A stretch of DNA of 64,000 nucleotides from NCBI GenBank assembly GCA_951406725.2, contig OX597821.1:88598001-88662000 (forward strand). Direction: 5' to 3'. Made by a program: the position numbers and the translations under genes. Every line of letters starts with the position of its first letter. The stretch's first letter is position 1. Under the pieces are notes generated by a model that saw nothing but the letters and a program-made list of their open reading frames with translations, was not told the origin of the DNA and did not search any database. The DNA comes from Octopus vulgaris (lineage: Eukaryota). Below, piece after piece: positions 54,101 through 64,000 of this stretch.

Positions 54101-55429
54101 TTGACTTAGCTAGTCCTAACATATGATTGTCTAATTGTGACCACGATGTGAGCAAAGCAGAAACAGAACTATTTCAAAGCATTTAAGTTATAAGTTGATA
54201 AGAACAAGACACACTACAAGAATAAGGCGTAAGGTTAAAAAGAAAGCATAAAATCGATAAGGACAACGCGAGAGGTCAATAAGTACACGAGGAGAAGGTC
54301 GATTCAATTGACTTTACTTCATTGGTTCAAAATTTGGACAAGTGATAATGTGAGAAATCAATATCCTTTACATATGATTTAAAATCATAATTCATAAATC
54401 AGTCTGTTTCAACAGAGTTGATTTTGGTGTATACCACAACTATCAGCAATCTTCGAATACGATTTAAACAATAAACAAAGGAAAGTTTCACGTTAATGAT
54501 CTGTGGAATGACATAGTACGCTGAAAACATTCTTAAAGATTTCCACATCGCCGACCTAAAACAGACAGTATTCAAATTTATTGGATACGAATCCGAATCT
54601 GATGCTCTAAGTAAGTTTTATTACAAATTTAACTATGTACACGGCAGTATTTCAGTATTTTGTCTGTTATTCTGTTTAATATTTTTCTCAAGATATGTAT
54701 CATTTCACAGTTACTTTGCTTATTTTACTTTCTATATGTCAATGTACAAAGAAAAGTCGACGACCTTTAACTGTTATGATCAACTCCCTAATACAAATAA
54801 TTCTCTTACTGAAATAGTTAAGCCTAGGTAGAGACGTTTAGAAAAAATTAGTATGACGTAATACTTTTCACTACCATCACCTTTCTAGTGACAATAACAC
54901 CCTTTATTCATAGTCATTATAAGTTTTCACATTTTCTCGTTAAAGTGACAAATATTACCGATTTTGGTATAATCACCTTCAAAATAACATCACCTCTACC
55001 AGCGCCCTCACAACAGCGAAGTTGATGGCGCTTCAAGCTGCTCTTTTGATTTGCAGAATAGAGAAGCTAAATTCATATAAATTATAAATTTCCCTCTTAA
55101 AAACCGGAGGAGCCTACTGCTTGAAGTAGTCCCAAATCGCAGCTGGACAGAATGAAATTTGGAAGAAGAGGAAAGAAAATATCCTCCGAGATGTAACGAT
55201 GTGAATGCAGCAAAAGTGAATATGATATGAATTGCTGCTATGTTACTTGAAGTGTGAAGCTCTGTGGATGCATACGTTGGATACCAGAATAGGATTAATG
55301 AAAGGGACATTAGGAGATTTATTAGAGCGTCAGGTGGAATGCTTCGCGGAATTTTTCCGATTCTCTACATTTTGAGTTCAATTCGTACCACAATCGACTT
55401 TGAGTTTTATTATACCAGGGTCAGTAATA

Positions 55430-55640
55430 GGATGAGCTGGCAGAATCATTAGCAAGCAATGCAAAATGCTCAGCGGCATTTCTTCCGTCTTTACATTAAG
55501 AGTTCAAAATCCGCCGAGGTCGATTTTGCCTTTCATATTTTACAGGTCGATAAAATTACTAGCAGTTAAACACTGGAGTCGATGTAATCGACTTATCTGT
55601 TTCCCGTATTTGCTGACCTTGTACCAAAACCTGAAATCCT
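55430..55640 (+). mobile_element. Diverged SINE family A (preceded by an older partial copy at about 55320-55425)
   Basis: gagctggcagaatcattagca...gagttcaaaatccgccgaggtcgattttgcctttcat...gtcgataaaatta. Confidence 0.8.
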
Positions 55641-56738
55641 TTTTTCGGGGTCAATGAAATTGTAACACTGTCATGGGTGGTTATTTGTCGGAAATATTAG
55701 AACATTCGTTTGTGGTAGCTTTCTGTCTTTTGCGGTCCCAGATCGGATCCAGCTGTTACCTACTTATTTGATACTCTCACTCAGTCGTATGATTTAACAT
55801 CACTATCCACCTTTAGGGTAGTTTTATAGCAGTTCACTCCCCTGTAATCACACAAAGAAAGTCTTCAGTTTGAGGATAACTTAATCTCAGCAACACACCA
55901 GTCACGTGCTCGTGAACAGTACCAAATAAATGATTTTTAAAAAAAAGTGGGATGCAATCAGCTTAAAGTGCATTAGAAAACATTGCAAAAGTACAGATGG
56001 ATGCAGGATTCGCTACTGATGAAAATTACCATTAACTTATGAAGAAGATGAAACTCATTTCTTCAGATTTAGAGTTCAAATCTGTTCCGACACTGCAGAA
56101 ACTAAAATCGGATGACAGAAGAATTGGAAATGTGTTACAATATGTGCTGCTGTTTATATAAGAATATACATAATTATAAGTCCAATGCTTTCCAGAAGGG
56201 AAATGTAGGGATGTTATAATTATAGTACCTTATGTAGAAAGATACAGGAGATATTAATGATATGTGATTAAATAAGCGTGTATGAGAGGTGGGGTTGTTA
56301 GTATGTGTGTGAGTGTGAGAGTGCATGTATACTTGTGAGTGTGTGTTTAAGCTTGGATATGTATATGCATGTGGGTGTATTGTAACATGTAGTAAAGGCC
56401 AGGTGTCATTTCGATTCAAACTAAATTTCCATCTCTTAGCAAATGGAGCCGCATAATATCTGAAGACTATTCCAGAAATTCTTAATTAACCCTATGATCT
56501 TTTCAGACATTTTCTTTATATAAACATGTAATGCTATTATTGGATTCAAACTTAAAGCTAATTCATCATATTTCTCTGACCTATAAATACATTCACACAT
56601 GTGTAAGTATACTTATGTATGCAGTGTATGCACGTGTAAAAGAACATAAGTACACACGCATATAGAGAAATTTGTATATATATATATATGTATGTATGCA
56701 TGTATGTGTATGTATGTATGTATGCATGTATGTGTGTG

Positions 56739-56771
<33 letters not shown>

Positions 56772-57027
56772 ATGTATATATATATATATAGATGTGTGTG
56801 TGTGTCTGTGTATATATATATCTATATACTTATATATATATAACTATATAAACATATATATTTTTTTAATTTTATCTCGAGCTGTGGCCATGCTGGGGCA
56901 CCGCCATATATATACGTATATATATATAGAAATGCACATGTATATTCCTACACATATGTATGTGTGTATATATATATGTATGTATGTATACACACACACA
57001 CACATATATTTATATATATATATATGG

Positions 57028-57402
57028 GTTAGAATTTCCTTCTGGTCGAGTAACCCATCCTGCTCAAAAGGTCCCTGAATAAGTGTTGTTTAAGGATTTT
57101 GAACGAAACACCCATGTTCCCAGAGGTAAATTATTCAAACCCCAAAGAATTCCTCTCAACACATGGTAATGATGCTCCCCCACTATTTTTGCTCGTGATC
57201 AGAAATGCACATTTTGTCAGCCACTGAAGAACATGCTCAACTGATTAAGGTCAAACAACTAACAAGCAAAACTGTGGTATTGAGCAGAATATTTGCTGTA
57301 GCCCATCTTTTATACCAAGACAAAAACAATGTACATGATAACACTTCGAATCAGTTAAGATCAAAAGCCACGAGAGCCACTGCCTGATACTGCATCAGGG
57401 CA
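57028..57402 (-). mobile_element. Interspersed repeat family F, partial, abutting (ATC)n
   Basis: Colinear with 46818-47191 and ends at the same terminus tgcatcagggca. Confidence 0.9.
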
Positions 57403-57433
57403 TATCATCATCATCATCATCATCCTCATCACC

Positions 57434-57467
<34 letters not shown>

Positions 57468-57537
57468 ACATCATCATCATCATCATCATCACCATCATCA
57501 CCATCACCATTGTCATCATCATCATCATCACCATCAC

Positions 57538-57593
<56 letters not shown>

Positions 57594-57645
57594 CCATCAT
57601 CACCATCACCAGTCATCATCATCATCATCACCATCACCATCATCG

Positions 57646-57687
<42 letters not shown>

Positions 57688-57708
57688 CCATCATCACCAT
57701 CACCATTG

Positions 57709-57765
<57 letters not shown>

Positions 57766-57770
57766 ACATT
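57403..57770. repeat. (ATC)n imperfect microsatellite (~370 bp)
   Basis: Direct read. Confidence 0.97.
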
Positions 57771-57784
57771 ATTATTTATTATTC

Positions 57785-58105
57785 TTTTTATCTCAGGTTG
57801 TGTTATAAATCCTGTGTTGCATGCGCAACGGGCTTGCTGCCTGCTGCGTACGGTAGCATGCTATCTGTTCTTTTCAACTATCTAATACATTCCTGATTAT
57901 TCTGTTACAAAATGCAAACCTTTTGTAACAGTGCTATTGGGCCCTCTATTCTGATTTCCATTATATTCCTCTTGATGCCTTCTGATTCTGTCCCCAAGGA
58001 TCCAGCAATAAGTGGCATCGTCTTCAACCTCTTCGTTTTCCATAGCCGTGCTATTTCGTATTTAAGAGTTTTGCAAATGTCTGTTTCTTCGCCTTCCTTC
58101 TTGAT
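57785..58105 (-). mobile_element. R4/Dong-like retrotransposon REL-domain C-terminus and 3'UTR
   Basis: KKEGEETDICKTLKYEIARLWKTKRLKTMPLIAGSLGT...LLQKVCIL matches KExEKxxKYxxLxxEIxRLW...PxVxGALG...LQKA; 3' end abuts (AAT)/(GAT)n. Confidence 0.75.
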
Positions 58106-58384
58106 TACAACTAGTATTATTTAATGTACCCTTTGATGATGCTTTGTTTTATAGGAGCCGTTCCAACTCTCATTTACTGAGCTCAGGTAACAGTAAGCCA
58201 GACGTTTTAAATTGAGAATTATTGATCATTAGCTGCGACATATTGTAGAGGAAGGGGACCACAATGTGAGAACTAAGATTCCATCAAATTTGTAACATTT
58301 TAGTTTTGAAAGAATTTTCAGAGCAGCAGGTATATTGAAGCTGACAGGTTGACAATGATCTTCGTAGGATACGGGCACCAAGAC

Positions 58385-58424
<40 letters not shown>

Positions 58425-58479
58425 CTAGGTCCGTAATAATTTACACCATGTTACCAATTATGTATGCGAAAAATTCATA

Positions 58480-58800
58480 TAACATTCGAGAGTTCATTAT
58501 AGGATATTTACTTCCGAAATTTTGGATCTCTTGTACGAGATTATAGTGTTCAAGAGTGCCATTTGTTATTTTGTCCAAAGCTCTGCTAATTACAGGGATA
58601 GTTTTTGCTTACAGATGCCCCATTTCTGAGACCTTTATTTCAAGGTTCATGTATTTACTCGACGATTGAAATGTTTGAAAAGATGTGGCGCAGTCTGCTG
58701 CCATCAACATATCCGTGAGCAGACATGCTTAACAAATGTGATTTGCTTACCACCACGTCTGGCATATTGACCTGGATAGCACTATCAGTTTGAATTCGAA
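58480..58800 (-). mobile_element. Second R4/Dong-like REL endonuclease relic
   Basis: NMPDVVV...CLLTDM...SKYMNLEIKVSEMGHL*AKTIPVISRAL matches RPDIVV...CLLIDM...KYKDLEIE..KMW.L..KTIPVVIGALG. Confidence 0.75.
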
Positions 58801-58833
58801 ATCCCTTGAATAGTACGATCAGTTAGAATAATT

Positions 58834-59170
58834 TCTTCTTCTTCTTCTTCTTCTTCTTCTTCTTCTTCTTCTTCTTCTTCTTCTTCTTCTTCACTTTCTT
58901 CTTCTTTTTCTTCTTCTCCTTCTTCACTTTCTTCTTCTTTTTCTTCTTCTTCTTCTTCTTCTTCTTCTTCTTCTTCACTTTCTTCTTCTTCTTCTTCTTC
59001 ACTTTCTTCTTCTTCTTCTTCTTCTTCTTCTTCTTCTTCTTCTTCTTCTTCTTCTACTCCTCCTTCTTCACTTTCTTCTTCTTCATTTTCTTCTTCTTCT
59101 TCTTCTTCTTCTTTTCTTCTTTTTCTTCTTCTTTTCTTCTTTTTCTTCTTCTTTTCTTCTTTTTCTTCTT
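58834..59170. repeat. (TTC)n imperfect microsatellite (~335 bp)
   Basis: Direct read. Confidence 0.97.
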
Positions 59171-59179
59171 CATATAAAT

Positions 59180-59470
59180 AGCAATAGTAGTACTAGCAGC
59201 AATAACACTACTACTACTACTACAACAACTACTACCACCAGCACCAGCACCACCACCACCACTACTACTAGCACTACTACTCTACTAGAGTTGCTGCTGT
59301 TAGTACTACTATTGCTACTTATATCAAGATGAAATAGAAGAAAAAGGAGAAGTAGTAGTAGTAGTAATAGTAGTAGTAGTAGCAGCAGCAGCAGCAGCAA
59401 TAGTAGAAGTAGCAGCAGCAGTAGCAGCAGCAGTAGTAGCAGCAGCAGCAGCAGCTGCTGCAGCAGCAGC

Positions 59471-59537
<67 letters not shown>
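59180..59537. repeat. (ACT)/(ACC) then (GTA)/(GCA) compound microsatellites
   Basis: Direct read. Confidence 0.92.
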
Positions 59538-60276
59538 TGCTTGTAATAATTCACAGAATGTAACATTTTCATCTGCGTGAAACTCCATATTAATATTCGC
59601 GACCTCGTTGTAATATATTTAGTTGTTATAAATACAGAATGCCTATCACATTTATGCATAAAAATCAGCTATTGTCAGCCATCATGCGGTTGAAACGCAT
59701 GCGTCGTCATCTCTATTGCATTTGTAATCTCTTTCCCACGTATGCACTACATTTAAATTGTATCTAATTCGTGATATTATCCTTGCACATAATACTTGGA
59801 TTTCCCTTTCTTTTAAATTAGATATACCTTCTTTTGATTGACTCTCCTATCCACCTTTCTAATTAAGTTTTCAAAATTGATTATATTTCACAGTTTAATG
59901 AAATCTGAGAGAATTTTCTTAGTTTTTGCTCACTCGGAGAAGTTCATCATTGTTTCATGGCGTTTTGTGCATGATATTTTCAAAACTGTTCTGTTCGACT
60001 GCAGTTCAGTGCTCACATCACATTCCTAATTTCCATTTAGATATATTCAAACCCATGTACACACATACTCTCTCTTTCTCTATCTCTCTATCTCTAACAC
60101 ACATACACACACACACTCTCTCTCTCTCTCAGATACACACAAATGCACATACACACATGCGCACAGACACGCTCTCACATTTATGTGTAAGCAAGCACAC
60201 GCACGGAAAATGGAGTAGGCACCATCATGTATTTAGCACATTCGCTTCAGAACAAAGTGGTATAGAATTCAATCTT

Positions 60277-60517
60277 TCAAGGCGGCGAGCTGGCAGAAAT
60301 GTTAGCACGTCGGGCGAAATGCTTAGCGGTATTTCGTCTGCCGTTACGTTGTGAGTTCAAATTCCGCCGAGGTCGACTTTACCTTTCATCCTTTCGGGGT
60401 CGATAAATTAAGTACCAGTTACGCACTAGGGTCGATGTAATCGACTTAATACCCATGTCTGTCCTTGTTTGTCCCTTCTATGTTTAGCCCCTTGTGGGTA
60501 ATAAAAAAAATAGGTAT
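60277..60517 (+). mobile_element. Full-length SINE family A with 18-bp TSD
   Basis: TSD ggtatagaattcaatctt at 60259-60276 and 60513-60530. Confidence 0.95.
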
Positions 60518-61520
60518 AGAATTCAATCTTACTGTGTGGCACTGTACCCAAGATTGTCTTTCGGTTAGTACCTGGATCAACTAGGATTTGAAGGTAAATT
60601 TCTGAGAGGTATTTTGTAGTACTTAAACACATACACACATGCACAAATTCTCGCACCTAATGCATATATGTGTGTGTGTGTATACGTGTATATGTATGTA
60701 TATGTATGTATTCATATTTGTGTGTGTATGTATTTATCTGTAAGCATTTCAGGAATAAGGACTGTGTTCTTAAGAGACATATGATTAGTGAAACGTGCGT
60801 AGCGAGGCACTAAATTGTTATAAATTCCAGTCAAGGATTATTGTTATTATTATCACTATATTTATCCTTCATTTTATCGGTACAGCTCAATGAAACTGCC
60901 AAAAACTGGTTCATTAGTCAGCATTGTAGTGTTCTAATTATCTAAATAATTCAATGATCTCCCTTGCCAAAAAGAAGATAGAGTAAACTCACATTTTTAA
61001 GTTTCTCGAAGTATCTGCGTCATGAGACATGATTGTTGATAATTCAAGAAGCTTATCGCTTCTCTTGGAAGCTTCTAGAATGTCCAGCGTTCCATAAATA
61101 AAAACACCTTGCTAACACAGCTCTTCGCTTCGTAGTCAATTAGACTCAGAACCATTCATATCATTGCAATGTCTGTCTATTTCTCTACGCCACATGATTG
61201 AAAACCACCACTTGGCTATTTTTTCTACATTTTCTATCTCTGAACTCTCTTGCATAGATCGTTACTTCATTCAACTAGATTGTATATTTTGACTCCATGT
61301 ATCATCATCGATAAAAGAAATAAAATACATTTTTAAGTTGAAAATATATAAATCTTGAATTTATTCTTTTATCTATACTTGAAATTCTTGTAAAAACATA
61401 CGTGTAGCCACATCAACACCTTGTACTCACTAGATATTCCCACTACATTATCATTAGACTGTGACCAGCATAACAGAATAGAAGCTTTATATGCATATTC
61501 AAAACGTTTCCAATAAACAA

Positions 61521-62066
<546 letters not shown>

Positions 62067-62844
62067 ACATACATTTGGGTAGAGTGAGTAGGTAAACTAC
62101 ACACACAGAGAATCGATATACAATAACAAAATTTGTTAACATAAATGCACACTCACAAATAAAGCTACATAAACACACACACGGATATATACACATGGTT
62201 ACTGTCATATGTACGCATTAACGTGTGTCCATTTGCTCATAAATTCTCAGGGCATCTCGCTACACCGCTGCAACATCATGTCATGCGGTAAGTCCTCCAT
62301 AAATATAACATTTGCTAAGCATTTTCATTGGCTACTCTAACTAACCAATGGGATTAGAAGGAGGGGAGTAACATTCCTTACAGACTTAACTCATCTGATT
62401 TGGCATTATGAGCGTCGAGCTTTTTCTTTGATCCGTTAATCCATCTTTGACGGAAATCGGCTGTAAAATTGCATGAATAACAAACAGACGGATGTCTGTT
62501 ATATTGCACAGGTGACATTGGTGCATCCAATAAATCGCTTGCTTTAATTTCATGTTTCTTACACACATACACCTGGGAATTACAATTTTCTGACATGTGA
62601 CTATGTTCCCATTATAGGTAAACCCGTCGGTGTTTTAAGAGGAGTGTACAAGAAGCATTTCACCCAATTGCAGAGAATGTCTGGCACATCTGTATTGTAT
62701 ATATATATTTGTGTGTACAAATAATATATATATATAACTGTAAACACACATACACAAGGACACGGGCATATATATATATGCTTATACGTTTACATGCATA
62801 CACATATACACTTACATATATTCATATGTGTGTTTGCGTGTGTA

Positions 62845-63165
62845 GGTGTATGGCTCAGTGGTTCGAGCGTCAGGCTCACAATCAAGAGATAGTGAGTTCG
62901 ATTCCCGAACTGGGCTGCGTATTGTGCTCTTGAACAAGACACATTATTTCACGTTGCTCCAGTTCTCCCAGGTGTAGAAATGAATTGCGACGCCACTGGT
63001 GTCAAGCTATATCGGCCTGTGCCCTTCTCTTGGATAATATCGGTGGCGTGGAGAGGGAAGGTTGGTATACATGGGCGACTCTACTAGTCTTCCATAAAAC
63101 AACCTTGCTCAGGATAACTTTCTAGATGCAATCCCATGGTCATTCATGACCGAAGGAGGAGTCTG
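62845..63165 (+). mobile_element. tRNA-derived SINE family D
   Basis: A box tggctcagtgg, B box agttcgattcc; central cttgaacaagacacattatttcacgttgctccagt shared with family C; different 3' half. Confidence 0.8.
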
Positions 63166-63173
63166 TATACATG

Positions 63174-63236
<63 letters not shown>

Positions 63237-63238
<2 letters not shown>

Positions 63239-63371
63239 TGAAATAAGACATGAAACGATCGTAGTGGTTATTTATAATTGTTAAATTTCTAAATTTATAT
63301 AAATTATTTTATGTATTGGCTTAAGTCTTTCTTTGTTTGATTTGCATAATAGTGGTTTTGTCTCTAATTTA

Positions 63372-63378
<7 letters not shown>
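63237..63378 (+). mobile_element. Single-arm relative of the 50.3 kb hammerhead element in (TA)n
   Basis: gacatGAAAcgatcGTAgtgg...tatgtattggcttaagtctttc.ttgtttg.tttgca.aatagtggttttgtctc aligns with 50334-50440; the 5' half of the core is deleted. Confidence 0.85.
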
Positions 63379-63449
<71 letters not shown>

Positions 63450-63504
63450 TATACATATATATATATACATATAAATACATACATATATATATATACATAT
63501 ATAT

Positions 63505-63940
63505 ATAACTTAGAATAACTTAGAAAGGTTTTGGCCAGTATTGGCCCAGGCCATGTCTAACTTAATAGCACCACCTGGCGAAATCTTTCAATTCAGGATT
63601 TGGGCACCAAGGCCCATTCGAGCAGAGAGTTATTGTTTGCGGAGACATATCCGGGTGTGGGTGGTTTGTCCGAGACTGTTTGAAGGAATTTGTCCAAAGA
63701 CTTCTTGAATTTTGTGTGGTCAGTTTCTTTTTTGACGTGTCCTGGTGTAATGTTGAAGAGAGCGGGTCCAATTGAGGTGAAATAGTTGTGCCGTATTGTC
63801 GTTATGTGATGCGATTTAGATTTTTGTTGTGGACGGATGGCACGTGGTCCAAGCCTTGGATGTATTTTGAAGGTGATGCCAACATCATTCGGACAGTGCT
63901 GATGGAATATTTTCTACATCATACAGATAATGTAGCGTTC
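63505..63940 (-). mobile_element. 5'-truncated CR1/L2-group LINE 3' end
   Basis: ERYIICMM*KIF...PNDVGITFKIHPRLGPRA...NYFTSIGPALFN...FKKSLDKFLQTVSDKPPTPGYVSANNNSLLEW; tandem tail (ttctaagtta)2. Confidence 0.9.
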
Positions 63941-64000
63941 ATACATATATATATATAAACACATATATACATATATATACAAATACATACATATATATAT

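Noticed and set aside
62845-62920. tRNA-like sequences with A/B boxes (also at 11102, 15041, 23717, 3416)
   Set aside because: No complete cloverleaf or acceptor stem; each continues into a SINE body, so they are SINE heads rather than tRNA genes.

Overview
AT-rich, microsatellite-saturated eukaryotic genomic DNA, most likely intronic or intergenic sequence of an octopus. That organism call is inferred from the repeat repertoire: dense (TA)n/(CA)n/(ATCT)n/(ATT)n/(ATC)n tracts, several tRNA-derived SINE families, and CR1-like, R4/Dong-like and Penelope-like retroelement relics. I could not identify an intact host protein-coding gene, and almost all entries in the ORF track are translations of simple repeats. 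Recognisable coding remnants are all transposon-derived: Penelope-like RT plus GIY-YIG (about 3.9-6.4 kb), a Tc1 DD34E transposase interrupted by a CR1 3' end (20.5-21.5 kb), CR1/L2-like ORF2 fragments (22.5, 25.2 and 63.5 kb) and R4/Dong REL-endonuclease fragments (45.3 and 57.8-58.8 kb). Non-autonomous Helitron/Helentron elements and a 100-N gap are also present. The most striking unexplained structure is two unrelated ~400-500 bp foldback elements embedded in (TA)n tracts (41.0-41.5 kb and 50.06-50.45 kb). Each has ~140 bp near-perfect inverted arms and an intact minimal type I hammerhead ribozyme with a palindromic stem III, and degenerate relatives occur elsewhere. Other notable items are a perfect 28-bp de novo hairpin inside a LINE relic, a SINE/LINE pair sharing a 3' tail, SINE insertions with GGTAT-initiated TSDs and a 10-bp-periodic GATA-rich array. 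Coordinates were counted by eye and may be off by a few bases.
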